NCBI RefSeq assembly: GCF_006345805.1
Contig: NC_042998.1
Span: forward strand, 99,014,001 to 99,078,000
Reading direction: 5' to 3'
DNA length: 64,000 bases
Source of the DNA: Octopus sinensis
Lineage: Eukaryota
Under the pieces are notes generated by a model. The model was not told the origin of the DNA, made no database searches, and saw only the letters and a list, made by a program, of their open reading frames with translations. Position 1 is the stretch's first letter, and each line of letters starts with the position of its first letter. The translations under genes were made by a program, and so were the position numbers. This document shows, piece after piece, positions 1 to 13,072 of this stretch.

Positions 1-1850
1 TGTAGTGGGTGCATTTACGTGCCACTGGCATGGCGGCCAGTCAGGCGGTTCAGGCTACGACCACGCTCAAAAGGTATTTTTTACGTGGTACCTGCACGGG
101 AGCCAGTCCCACAGCACTGGCAACAACCATGCTCAAATGTTGTTTTTCACATGCCAGCAGCACATGTGCTGTTAAGGCGACACTGACAACGATCACACCG
201 GAAATATACTTTTTACGTGCCACTAGCATGAGGACCAATCCATGGCCCAGGCAACGATCACACTCGGATGTGCTTTTAACATTCCACTGGCATGAGTGTC
301 AATCAGGCGGTACTGTCATCAGCCATGTCAACGATTTTTATTTGATTTCACATGCCTCAATAGGTCTTTGCAAGCAAAGTTTATTGTCCAATGAATGAGG
401 GGTTCTCATAAGTGGGCTGGTTACACCCACTGGCATAGGCCATGGGCTATGGTCTCACTTGTCTTGTGAGGTCTTAAGCGCAGCGTATCTCCTAAGGTCT
501 CGGTCACTAGTCATTGCCTCAGTAAGGCCCAATGTTCAATGGTCGTGCTTTATCACCTCATCCTAGGTTTTCCTGGGTCTACCTCTTCCATGGGTTCCCT
601 CTACTGCTAGGGTGTGATACTTTTTCATACAGCTGTCCTCATTCATTCGCAACACATGACCATACCAGCATAGTCGTCTCTCTTGCACACCACATCAGAT
701 GCTTCTTAAATCCAACTTTCTCTCAGGGCGCTTACACTCTGTCACGTATGCACACTGACATTACACATTCAGCGGAGCATACTGGCTTCATTCCTTGCAA
801 GCTTATGCATGTCCTCAGCAGTCACAGCCCATATTTCACTGCCATGTTGCATGGCTGTTTGAACACATGCATCATACGGTCTACCTTTTACTCTGAACGA
901 GAGGCCTTTTGTCACCTGCAGAGGTAGGAGCTCTCTGAACTTTGCCCAGGCTATTCTTATTCTAGCAGCTACACTTTCAGTGCATCTACCCCTGCTACTG
1001 ACTTGATCCCCCAGATAACAGAAGCTATCAACTACTTGTAGTTTTTCTCTTTGGAATGTGGCAGAATCTGTTCTCTGTACATTTTCAGTGTTTATAGCAC
1101 TTGATCATTTGCCACATACAAAAACTATCTTCCCAATTAGCCTTCCTTTGATATTGCTGCACCTCTTATGTGTCCCTAGCTTACACTGGTTATGTCTTAT
1201 GAAATTTCTACTTACACCTTTTCTACAGATCGAGCAGGGCCACCTACCTGAAGGGATTTGTGGTTTGTCTGCCTTCTACTTATTAAGACTTTGGTTTTAG
1301 CTAGGCTGACTCTAAGGCCTTTCAATTCTAATCCTTATTTCCACACCTGAAACTTTTTCTCTAGTTCTGATAGTAACTCAGTAATTAGTGCAAGGTCATC
1401 AGCATAGAGGTGCTTCCAGGGGCATCTGCTCTTGAATTCCTCCGTTATTGCCTGGAGGACTATGATAAATAAGAGGGGGCTGAGGACTGATCCTTGGTGG
1501 ATCCCTACCCCTACCCTGAATTCTTCACTGTACTCGTTGCAAACCCTCACCCTACTGACCGCATCCTTGTACATGACTTGCACAGCTCTCACTAACCATT
1601 CATCTATCCCTAGTTTCCTCATTGACCACCAGATAAGGGATTGGGGGATCCTGTCAAAGGCTTTCTCCATATCAACGAAAGCTTTCATTGATATGGAAAT
1701 ATAGCACCAGAAATATAGCATCGGTGGTGCTTTTCCCTGGCCCGAACCCAAACTGCATCTCATCTAAACTGACTCTCTCCCTAATTAGTTGGGCTATGAC
1801 CCTCTCTGTAACCTTCATTACCTGATCCAACAACTTGATACCTCTAGTTA
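1..1850 (-). mobile_element. 5'-truncated RTE-clade LINE (RT region, ORF2 C-terminus, 3' UTR running off the window start), degenerate
   Basis: Minus strand reads RGIKLL...QFGF..GKSTTDAIF (~1720-1850), then AFVDMEKAFDR...QGSVLSPLLF...YADDLAL (ORF 1335-1763). Around 500-930 it reads YDACV..AM.HGSEIWA...RRLCWYGHVLRM...GRGRPRKT, typical of RTE/BovB-like ORF2. Stops and frameshifts are present. Confidence 0.93.
1335..1763 (-). pseudogene. Reverse transcriptase core fragment of the RTE LINE
   Basis: ORF track shows RT motifs D..KAFD, QGSVLSPLLF and YADD. The ORF ends at a premature stop. Confidence 0.93.
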
Positions 1851-3169
1851 TTTCTATCTAAAACGTCCTTCAGTTCATTGTTTTTGTCAGCACTAGATTT
1901 AAGGAAGCAATGACCTAGTAAAACTCACAAAAAATTCAGCTATTCAAAAGATGTGTTTGATTTTAGTTAAAGAAGTAGTCTAAACTGAATGTTTTGTTCA
2001 TGGCTCATATCCATAAGATTTTGGTTTCTCTAAATATTTAGTGTATTGTGAGTTCTGGTGGTGTACCTGAAGTTGTTAAAAGACTAATTAGTTGAGGAAG
2101 TAGGTATCCTCAAATTGGATACCTGGTCCAAATACCTACAACAGTGTGGCCTGCACTAAAGGTACCCGAGAATCACGTCCTGATGTTAAACTTGGAAGCA
2201 AATTAGAGACACGCATGTTTCAGGATCCTTGTCCTTCATCGGTCTAGAGTAGCAGACGCCTGTCAAGAAAGCTTGGCAGGATTTGAACTCAATGGAAAGA
2301 GCTGGAACAAATAACACAAGGTATATAGTCCAATATTCTTGCAATTTTGCCAATCCACTTTTTTTTAACAACCCTCAAAATGATGAAAGGCAAAATTGAC
2401 CATACTGGGATTTGAATTTGGAGCTTAAAGAATCAGATCAAATCTCAAGAAGCATTATATTTGATGTTCTAATGATCCTGACAATCTATTAGCTGCTTAT
2501 TAGCTTCATTTCTGAAGATAAAAAAATATTCTTCTGTATTTGCATCAAGTAGGTGCAGATGTCTTTTTTTTTTACCCCCCCCCCCCTTTTTTTTTTGTCA
2601 TTTCACCTCCGAAGTTTGAATCTAGTAATCTGAACTAACAGATCATTTACTATGATGAACTTAAATTTACAAGTATGTTGATACTGTAAAAATATTTTAA
2701 TGTTTTGTTATTCATCAAAAGCAAGTTAAATGAGAATAAACTAGAAGCAATTAATGTTGAAGACAATAATTTATCATAGCACCAAATAGAAGTTATACTA
2801 GTTAAGGTGTTGAAATCTAGTTATTGTTCATTGGTTAGTGCTTAGCCTAATACTGAAATAACATACTGGTAAGTCTGATTGTGAATATGTTTAGAAATCA
2901 TTTTAAATTCACATGTAGAAACACCTTTAAGTTTTAAATTCCATTTTATGAAGATGTTGGCTCATGTCATTTACAGTAGAATTTTTAATATGGTTCTTGG
3001 TTCTTAGTGCCTCTAATGCTTTCAGCACGTGTGCAACAATCCTTCTTCAAACATCCCAATTGCTTGCCTACCACCTGACTCCACTCAGGCCAACACTCAT
3101 TGCTATCATGTCATCCTGGCATGTACTGTGCTACATTTTCCTTGGTCTTCTCAGTCTTTTTCCTCCTTA

Positions 3170-4100
3170 AAAACCAGTGAGGGTTGGCAACAGGAAGGAC
3201 ATCCTTTCATAGAAAATCTACCTCAAAGAGTTTTGTATGTTCCTTGCAAGCATGGAAAAGTGGATGTTAAAACGATGGTGATGATGTCACATCATCATCA
3301 TTATTTAATGTTGGCATGAGTTGGACAGTTTGACAGGATCCAATAGATCCAAGGATTGCTTTGTGCTCCAGTAACTGCTTTAGGATGGTTTCTAAAGCTG
3401 GGATGGCCTTCCTAATGCCAGCCACTTCACAGTATGTACTAGATGCTATTTTAATGTCACTGTGTAGCTTACAAGACTACAAACTCTGAGGAAGACGACT
3501 TTATGCTAAGTACTGAGAGATTTAAGTATGAAAGAAGGGGCCAGAGCTGAACAGGTTTCTTGCTGTAGAAGAAACTTATGGCTGCTCATATTTTAGAAGA
3601 AAGAGTAGGAGTAATCAGGCTTCCCAAGGTACAAGGTGGGTAGAAGTGACTGGGAATAGAAGAGCCAGGAGTGTATGAGTAGAGGTTGAAAGAATGTATA
3701 GGAAAGTGCCAGAAGAGAAATTGGTGAAAGGATGAATATAATGAATGAAGAGCATATGTTGAGGAATATGTAGAGGAGGTAGAAAAGAGTTGGTGACAAT
3801 TTCAGAGATTAGGTAGGATTGAGGAATGTAGTGAATGATGGCTGAGGGACAAGGAGTGACCAATGATGCATATGAGTTGGGGTAGATAAGGGAGAGTGAG
3901 AGGTGACTGATAGTTCAGAAAAGGGAGTGGTGAAGAGTAGCAGAAGAGTAATGATGACACAGTAGAAAGAAAAGGGTAAGAAAAAGAGTTGACATGGGAT
4001 TGGGTAAGTTGCTAGAGGATAAGGGGTAAAGAGAAGCAGATGTACTGCATATGCAGAGTGAAAGATGTGTGGTGGTAAAGGAAAGATAATTTGGCAATTC
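3170..4100. repeat. Composite of old repeats: RTE-tail fragments plus a purine-rich LINE/SINE relic
   Basis: Contains ggttggcaacaggaaggacatcc and catcatcatcattatttaatg...ggatggccttcctaatgcc motifs shared with other RTE tails in the window. The 3480-4100 segment resembles the reverse complement of 51560-51850. Confidence 0.55.
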
Positions 4101-5049
4101 AGAAGGATAGTATTAAGGAAGAAAGATTAATATCAATATGTGTGGGGGGGGGGGTAAAGCAAAATTTGTATTGGTTCAAACTTAGTTTCATCTACTACCA
4201 GTCAACACAAATTTTGCACTAAATTTAACTCTATTCTCAGTATGGAGACCCTCCCACCATTATTAAATGTTTCATTGTTATTCTTAAACTTGCTTTTAAA
4301 ATAAAAATTATTTTAACATGTACATCATCCAATATGCCTTAAGACAGTAGCGTATGATTTGAGAGAAATTTCGAGTGATTATAGAGACCATCTCTCTTTA
4401 ACTTGAAGTAAACTTGGTTGTTGTTTTTTCTATTATTATTTAAATCTACCTTAATCAAACAGAACCATAACGAAATAACTTCATTCTGATTTTTTCTACA
4501 TTGCTTCATATATCCTTCAATGTAGTAAATTGTGATGTGATTGCTACTACCAGTTAGCTGAACAACCCTGAAGAAGCTCTTTTATTGAACATGCCATATC
4601 TCTCTCTCTCTTTCCCCCATTCTTTCATCAATTCATTTTGATCAATTGATCTTATTTTGCTTGTTACTTTTAGATTTTTAAGTTCCTCCAAAAAGGTGTC
4701 TTTGTCTATTGAATAATAGTAGGTGGTGAAAGTCTTTCAGTGTTCTATATTACATATATATGACCCCATTTAGTATTTGGTCCACAGAATGGTTCTCTAG
4801 TATTTTACTTCAACCATATTGAGTATATTTAAAATATTTATTGTACTAATTCTTCATTAGTGTTTTTGCATGTGTCTGTTTTATTCATCCTTTCAGATTA
4901 AGTTCTCAATAAGTCAGTATAATCAGGTCTGACCCAGGGCTAAACAATAACTAGTGATGAAACTTATGAGATTTCTACTAAATTCTTTTCCTTTTCTGAA
5001 TTTTTAATTCCTTTTATTAGACATACATTACATTTATGTCTGAGTGTTG

Positions 5050-5395
5050 GGCCTCACAGAAGCAAAGTGGCTGAGTTCCTTTCAAATGTTGGGCTTCTCG
5101 GAGGCAATGACCGAGACCTTTGGCATTATGTAGTGCTTGAGAAGAAGACTCATCAAGCCAAGCAAAATCGCAGTTGTGCAGATAAGTGTCATGCAAATGG
5201 CATCCATGCCAGTGACACATAAAAGCACCCATTACACTCTCAGAGGTTGGTGTTAGGAAAGGCATTTAGCTGTAGAAACCATGTCAAATCAGACTGGAGT
5301 CTGGTGCAGTCTTCCAGCTTACCAGCCCTGGTCAAACTGTCCAACCCATGCCAGCATGGACAACAGACATTAAATGTTGATGATGATAATGATGC
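5050..5395 (+). mobile_element. RTE LINE 3' tail (ends in atgatgataatgatg)
   Basis: gaggcaatgaccgagacctttgg...ccaacccatgccagcatggacaacagacattaaatgttgatgatg matches the other RTE 3' ends here (e.g. 16480-16920). Confidence 0.85.
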
Positions 5396-5519
5396 CTCTC
5401 ACCTGTCTTTTTTCTTCTTTTATTAAGAGTGGAAAGAATCATCCAGCATCCTGAAATATTACTAACATGTTATTGATCTGAGAGATATCTGAAATACCAA
5501 CTCCATTATTTTTTTTATT

Positions 5520-5745
5520 AGTATTGTAAGGTGGCAAGCTAGCAGAATTGTTATCATGTTGGGCAAAATGCTTAGCAGCATTTCATCCATCTTTACATTT
5601 TGCGTTCAAATTCTGCAGAGGTTGTCTTTGGTTTTCATCCTTTCGGGATTGATAAATTAAGTACCAATGAAATAATGGGGTTGATTTAATTGACTTACCC
5701 TTCCCTGAAAATTTCAGGCCTTGTGTCTATAGTAGAAATTATTAT
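5520..5745 (+). mobile_element. tRNA-derived SINE (family C), old copy
   Basis: aaggtggcaagctagcagaa...gttcaaattctgcagagg...cctttcgggattgataaa matches the reverse complement of the young copy at 47181-47399. Confidence 0.75.
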
Positions 5746-7827
5746 TTTATTAGTATTGTAAGTGATAACACAGTAAATGTGAGAAATGTAATTAACTTTG
5801 GTGAATTGGACTATACCCACAACAAAGAAACATAACTTCAATTAATCTAGATTAACCCTGTATTGATTATATCTATATACCCATTGAACAACAATGCTTT
5901 CCAGGGTTAACACACCACAGCTCCAGTTATGGGTGCAGCCAGTTGAACTATATAAACTGTTTGCAATGAATTTTTGCCATTACTGATTCTATTTGTTGGT
6001 TGCCGCTCTTGACAGTCTCTTCCCCACCCACTCCTGCTTTTTTTTTTATCCTGGTGATAGAAGGCAAGATTTGAATTCAGGCCTCTACTAGAACAGTTAC
6101 CACAAGACTCTCATCTTTAAGAATTCTACCAATCCACTGTGTTGAACTGATACTGTATTTATCAACCCCAAAGGACAAAAGAAGTTGGCCTTGATAAGAT
6201 TTGAACTCAGACCACCAAGAGCTGCCGGAACAAATATGACAAGGCAATCTACCTAGCTGATGCTTTCACAGCTCTACTGATTCATTGCATGACTGATCTA
6301 TAAAATGTTGTGGCATTGCTGACACTTTCAATGCACTATTGTCGTTACACCCGGATTTTGGATAACAGTACTACTGCTACATTGCCACAATATTCTTAAC
6401 TGTTACAGATATGCTTTCTCTCGTGTATAAACAAACATTATCACATTGCCCAGTGTCACATTGCTCATTAATATAGTATTGATCAAAATTTGAAACATTT
6501 TTATGTATAATGAATAAATGGTTATGAAAGCAAATCAATATGACAGTAATTGTAAGTGCAGTAAAGTTGGCAGAATGAAAGGTATTGGATGCATGGTATT
6601 CAATTTCATCTTGGTAGTCAGCTCAAATCTCTTGGCTCAACAAAACTTTGAAAAGTAAAAAATGTCAGTGAATGTGATCCTATTAAATAAAGCTTGGTGA
6701 ATTTTCTGGACAAAAATTATTTTTAAAAAATTGCAAAATCTATGAACTGGTGTTATTTAACCTAAGTCATTCTTCATTAAGTAGACTTTTGAATTAAAGG
6801 CATTCAAGCTTTGACTATCCCATCTTTTTTTTCTTTTTTCTTTTACAAGTATAGGGCTACATTATCTAATATATTCTTCTGTTTAATACAGTGGGATGAT
6901 TTGAGAAAAATTCACCTGCTACTTTTTGCAGGTTAAATAGGCTATTTCAGTTTATGATAGTAAATATAATCATAAATTGTCAAAGGCTTCACATAAAATG
7001 TTCCACTAGGCTTCTACAAATATAAGGCCATGATTGAAAACTCCTAAATGATTTATTTTAATTTTGCTTATATTCTAAGGATGGATGAGGATATAAATCA
7101 CAAGTGCCATAGTATTCCTGTGAGGAAAAGTAACCCTCAGGTATTAATAACATTGAAAGACAAATTAACAAAATAACTTTAAAAAAATTGTATAATTAAG
7201 AGCAGTGCATCCATCACAGTATCACATCATATGTTGACAGAGGAAGCAGCTTCATAATTCATTTACAATTTTAGAACTGGTTTGCTGAATCATATCTGTT
7301 TGTCTTTCTTGGCTTAAATAACTTCTCGAGATTAAATTTCAGCTGGATGTGTGTACTTTGTAAGATTTGGTTCATAAATTGTTATATTTATTCAACTACG
7401 AAGTTTGATATGTGGATAAGATCACGATCATGAAGGAAATGACACTCTTCAGCATGTAAAGAATGTTTAAGTTGAAACACAAGCCCTAAGTTAAGGCCTG
7501 TACAAATAATGAATACACAGATGTAGTATAATATGAAGTGTATTAATTGCCAGGGAATTAAGTAGCTGCAAAGTGAAGGCCATGCACTACATGGATTATT
7601 GACTGGAAGTAGTCTGTCACATAATGGATTTCATGTAGAGTTGGTTATAGCAAAGTGTTTATGCCTAAAGAAAGAAAAATTTTGTAAACATGCTATCTAA
7701 CAATGACAAAAAAAAATATGGTGTATATCTCTACTCATAAAAAGTCTGATTATATTGTGTAGGAAGTGCAATGCTGTATTGCGACACATTTGCATATAAT
7801 CATTTGCCAGAGCAGGTTTATGAATAA

Positions 7828-8039
7828 CCCTTTTGATACTAAATTGCCTGAAGCTACCCTTGGTTATATGATACAAACTTTCTATCTTAAAGTGATCTAA
7901 ATTTAAATCTTCCTTTAAAATTTCATGTTAATTTCTGCCCCAGACAGCAGCTTAATGGTAAAACATTTTTACTCCATTATTTTCTAAATTAATTGAAATA
8001 AAGGAAGTGTACTTCAACAGAAATATAGTAACGAAAGGG
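7828..8039. mobile_element. piggyBac-like MITE
   Basis: Terminal inverted repeats cccttttgatac / gtaacgaaaggg, flanked by ataa (left) and ttaa (right). TTAA-CCC...GGG-TTAA is the piggyBac signature. Confidence 0.7.
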
Positions 8040-8489
8040 TTAAAGGTATTCCAGTTATAACCATACTACATTTTTGCATTATCCTCTTCATTTAAAATGG
8101 AAGGGCATGATCTGAGGTAGATTTGACTGCTGTTTCTGACCGGTCCAGTGACTATTGAGCAGGAGCTGCAAACCTTTTTTTTCTTCTTGTTTTTAATATT
8201 TGAAGACCACAATTTATATAAGAGTGGGAGCCTTTTTTTTTTTATATTTGAAGACCACATTTTATCTAATAAGGCTACATTGATAAAAAGTTTTTCAAAT
8301 ATCTTGAAAAATTTAATTATTTTCAGTGTTAAAAAGTAATTATAAATATTAAAATATAAAATTTTTAAAAACCATCTTGCTTTTACAGCTTACGATTTAA
8401 GAACATTTGTAATATAATACTATGTAATCAGCATTTTTTTTAATGCAAAATTCAGGCTTGTTCCAGGAAGCCACATTTAAGGCCCTGTT

Positions 8490-8800
8490 CATCATTGTCT
8501 TTTAACAACTGTTCATGCTAACATGGGTTGGACAGCTTGACCAGGGCTGGTATGCTGAGGGGCTACACCAAACTCCAGTCTGATTTGGCATGGTTTCTCT
8601 GGTTGGATGCCCTTTCTAACCCTAACCCTACTCCAAGAGTGCAATGGGTGCTTTTGCGTGCCACCAGCATGCCAGTTGCATGACACCAATATCTGCCATG
8701 GCTTGATTGGGTCTTCTGCTCAAGCACAGCTTATTGCCTTTGGTCATTTGTTGTTGCCTCTGTGAAACTCAATGCTCAAAGGGTGCTTTTTACATACCAC
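8490..8800 (-). mobile_element. RTE LINE 3' tail
   Basis: ctaacatgggttggacagcttgaccagggctgg...ggatgccctttctaacc...ttctgctcaagcacagc, reverse complement of the RTE tail seen elsewhere in the window. Confidence 0.8.
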
Positions 8801-9879
8801 TGGCTGCTGGTGTAGAATCTTCTTTGTTGGCTTATCATCTGTATAATTTGTTGGGTGTGAATATTATCTTAAGAGAAAGCTTGAGAAAGTGACTGGGCAT
8901 CTTGAAAACAATTTGTGCAAGAAGCATGATTACACTGTTAGAGATATGATGGTGAAAAGTTGAGGCTAAAAGAAAATAACCAAATTAATAATGCCCCACT
9001 TACCTTGATATAGGAGAATAAGGGTCTCTTCTGAAACGATCTATATTTGGAGATAACTGAATCACTCATGTACTTTGGCAGTGCAGTATTACAGAAGTTG
9101 AGTCGAACATCAAAATCTCTGACCGAGAGATGGCTACTTCAATGCAAACAATTTAAGAAAATGGATTATACGAGCTGAATAAAACTTGTTATATTTATTC
9201 AACTACGAAGTTTGATATGTGGATAAGATCACAATCATGAAGGAAATGACACTCTTCAGCATGTAAAGAATGTTTAAGTTGAAACACAAGCCCTAAGTTA
9301 AGTTTAAGTTGAAACACAAGCCCTAAGTAAAATTTGAGTAAAACTTGGAAAGTAAAATTTAACATATTAATATTTAAATGTTTTATTTATGAGACTGCTT
9401 GTAGTAAGGTTCAACTTTGCTAAGTTTAATCTTGCAGTGGATTATGTATTTGTGTATACATACATGCATATACACACACACACATGCACACACACACACA
9501 ATTGTAGAATGGTAAGGACCAGGAACTTCTATATTGTTTTTAGAAAGAGCAGTCAAATGCATTTTATTCACACCCAACCATTCTAGTCGTGGCCATAGAC
9601 CTGCATGATCAAATTGACCTGAATCTAATTAACAACTAATTGAAATTTAATTTTTTAATGTTCTATAGCATGTTTACATGGAATTATTGGCAGGCTTTCA
9701 TTAGTTTAGAGCTTGTGTAGCAATCCTACTCTTAAAACAAAATTCATTGTTTATTAATGATAAAACATCATTTTCAAGACTTCCTATAACAGGATCCAAA
9801 GTTCAGACAGGTCTTGCAAGCATGATGCTTATTAAGAAACCTTTACTTTTCTAGTTTAAATCAGCTTCCTCATTTAATG

Positions 9880-10190
9880 TCCTTTTTTCATGCAGGCATG
9901 GGTTGGACAATTTGACAGGAGTTGGCCTGCCGGAGAGCTGTCCAAACTCCAGTTAACTGTTTTGGCATGGTTTCTATGGCTCCACACCCTTCATAACGCC
10001 AACCATTTTATAGTGTGTCCTGGGTGCTTTTTATGTGCTACTCATCACCAGCATGAGTGCATTTATGCAGCACCAGCATGAGTGCACTTTATGTGGCACC
10101 AGCATGAGTGCACTTTGTGGCACCAGCATGAGTGCACTTTATGTGGCACCAGCATGAGCACACTTTACATGGTGCCAGCGTTAGTACATA
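9880..10190 (-). mobile_element. RTE LINE 3' tail with internal 26-bp tandem array
   Basis: catgcaggcatgggttggacaatttgacagg...; unit caccagcatgagtgcactttatgtgg repeated about 5 times from 10046. Confidence 0.8.
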
Positions 10191-10324
10191 TAACTAGGCA
10201 AGTTGTGATAGGTAATGTACATAACTCTATTTGTTTGAATGTATTTAGCAAATAATACTCAACTGCTAATTTATATTTGAGAGGTCAATAGTAATTACAA
10301 CTAGAGAAAAACAAAAAAGTTATG

Positions 10325-10735
10325 GGGTGCATACAGATCAGTAAGATTCCAAACAATAATGTATCTATTCATTTTAAATTCATTTTGGCAGATTCAAATG
10401 TGAATATCTGATTACTGTTGTTTTTCATCACCAGAGAATACCTTCTCTCTTTATATTATATTAATTCATAATTCATTTTGGCATATTCAAATATATCTGA
10501 TCACTGTTGTTTTTCATCACCCGAGAACACCTCTTTTTATATTATATTCATTCATAACACACACATCATCTAAAAGGAAGTGTTCTCCAGTCATGAAAAA
10601 CCACAGCAATCAGATATTCACACCTGACTCTGCCAAAACATTAGGAATGAATAGGTATGTTATTGAAAAGAATAATTGTTTTAATAATATACGAATTAAA
10701 GAAATCATTCCAAATTGCTACTGATCTGAATGGGG
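10325..10735. repeat. Fold-back (palindromic) MITE-like element with a duplicated left arm
   Basis: cattttggcagattcaaatgtgaatatctgattactgttgtttttcatcaccagagaa occurs twice in tandem (~10381, ~10473). Its reverse complement occurs at ~10580-10650. cagatcagta (10335) and tactgatctg (10719) are outer inverted matches. Confidence 0.65.
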
Positions 10736-12721
10736 TTTTTTTTTTTTCCATTGCTGGAAATATCCTGTAATTTATTTGCCTTCAAATATCTTCTATTTTC
10801 TATATTTCATCTCATCTCTTAATGCTTTTTTTTTTTCTACATTCTTTGCTAGTAGTCATACAATAAAGTTTATAGTGTAGCCAATATATGTAGTTTGTGC
10901 AATATAGTTTTGAATGTTGAATGTAGCTATATTTGTACCAAGACATAAAAATATTGCAGTAAAATTTCACTTCAGGCACTTTTGTCAAAGTAACTGTGAT
11001 GTTTCTGGATTGAAATATTTTAAAACAAGCTTAACCAGTTTTTAAACAATACATTCCAGAACAGAAATTTTCACATTCCTTCCAGTCATAAATTCACACC
11101 ATGAGGCAATTTTGGACTTTCGTTTGTACATTGGCACCAAGGAAGTTGACTGATTTATTTGTTCTTGGAGTGTCACTGTTGAATGTATGGTTAAAGTTTT
11201 AGCCACACCTTTAGCTGTTTGAATTAGGTTAGTCAAATATATTAATTTATATATACTTGATTAAGATACTCCTTTAAAGGGAAGGTTGTGGTCTGAATAA
11301 AAACAACATAGCAATGTAAAACATTAAAACAAAAAAATATTTCCACAATTAGGTAGGCTCATTTACATTTGTAGGCTTATTCACATTTATATTAGGTTTA
11401 AGGTTGATGACTTGACGGAAATGGTCAAGGACAGGATTAAATAGTTTTATCACTCTACATTCCAGGGTTCAAATCAAACCTGGTGTTTATTTATTATTTT
11501 TTTTTTTTTGCCATTCCTTGAACAATCAATAAATACCTGTTATATAATAGAAATGCTGTAAAATGGACAATCAGTAATTTGCAAAATATGAAAATTAATA
11601 TTTATTAGAGAATATGACTTTGAATTAAGTTGGGTTAAATTTCAAAGGCACTAATTGTGAACAATTAATACAAATGGATGATACAAGGTAGATAAAAGAT
11701 CTCCAATAGAAGTAAATTGAGGAAATTGTACATAATACCACTTATTCTTTAAATAATAGAATTTAACACTAGATTAATATTAAAATGTTGCCTTCATTGC
11801 TTTTGTTATCCAAAATACTTTTAAATCTTTTCATTATATCCTATTAACAAATACAATCCATGTACTTTACTTCTTTTTGAAAATCCCCAAGAATTATTGG
11901 GAGATTTAGTAAAATAATGATTTCCATTAAGATGGAACATAACTTAACAAAATGCTCTTACATACTCTGATGGAATGTTCTAATTTAGATATGAACACTT
12001 TAAAATTAAAATTTTTCTGTCATAAAGCCAGTGATAGTCTCAGGCAGGTTGGTATCAAAACGGTTATTTTGGTTAAATACATATTTTTTGTGTGTTTATT
12101 TTCATTTTTACTATATTGCACATGTTTATTTAAAAGATGTTGAAAAATGGTAAGTAGAATTTATATTTAAATTCAGGTTTGATGATAATACAATGGGTGC
12201 TTCCCTACTACATGGTTTCAAGTTCTGTGCCTCTGCATGGCTCTTTAGCCAAGTGTTTTCTGCTATAGTCACCAGCCAATTACAGCCTTGAGTGGATTTT
12301 GTAGGCAGACATGGAAAGAAACCTATGTGTGTGTGTGTGTGTATCCTTGTGACTTCTCATGTTAGATGTAAGTGAGCATTAGTCATACAAGCAATTCCAT
12401 TCATTTCCCACTTTCCATGAAAACCTGTCCAACCAAGGAGAAAAATCATGTTTGGAAACATGTGAACTTGGTAAGAGGAAAGGCACCCAGCTGTAGCAAA
12501 CCTACCTCAACAAATTGTGTTACCCTTGCAAGCATGGTAAATTGAGCAATAAAACAATGATGTAGAATAGCCCATATTACAAATGGACAGTATGAATTGG
12601 TAGTGGAGAATTAATAGAGTAGAGCTACACCTATATGATTCTAGATGGAAGAATTCAATAAATCCGTCCCCACAGATAAAATAGCACTTGAAAGTTATAC
12701 TTAGTTGTAATAGATGTATGT

Positions 12722-12765
12722 ATACATACATACATACGTACGTACGTACGTACGTACATTCATAC
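12722..12765. repeat. Compound (TACA)n/(TACG)n microsatellite
   Basis: tacatacatacatacgtacgtacgtacgtacgtacat read directly. Confidence 0.9.
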
Positions 12766-12779
12766 ATATAAAAACTCGA

Positions 12780-13072
12780 CTCTGTTGGTCACGAATGACC
12801 ATGGGTGCATCTAAGAGGTTCCCTTCTGGGGTACAAGTCTGGGCAAAAGTTGCCTTACCAGCGAGCGCACAACCTAGGGTTGTTTTTATAGAAGACCAGC
12901 AGTCACCCATGCATACCAGCCTCCCCTCTCCATGCCACTGATGTTATCCTAGAGAAAGGTAAAGGCCAATACAGCTTGGCACCAGTGATATCGCAACTCA
13001 TTTCTACAGGAATCGAACTCACAACCTCATGATCGTAGCTTGACACTCTAAATACTGAGCCATGTGCCTTCA
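12780..13072 (-). mobile_element. tRNA-derived SINE
   Basis: Minus strand starts gtgaaggcacatggctcagtatttagag...gagttcgattcc, with A-box-like and B-box (GTTCGA) Pol III motifs. Confidence 0.75.

Noticed and set aside
9-398. 129-aa + strand ORF, and the 131-aa ORF at 532-927
   Set aside because: Both are antisense readings of the RTE LINE 3' region; the meaningful motifs are on the minus strand.
10046-10175. Short repeated units as a possible CRISPR array
   Set aside because: Units are head-to-tail with no unique spacers, lie inside a LINE tail, and the context is eukaryotic with no cas genes.
12780-13072. tRNA-like sequences here and at 47181-47399, 57300-57390, 62280-62351 as tRNA genes
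   Set aside because: Only A/B-box heads are present, fused to SINE bodies; no complete cloverleaf was seen.
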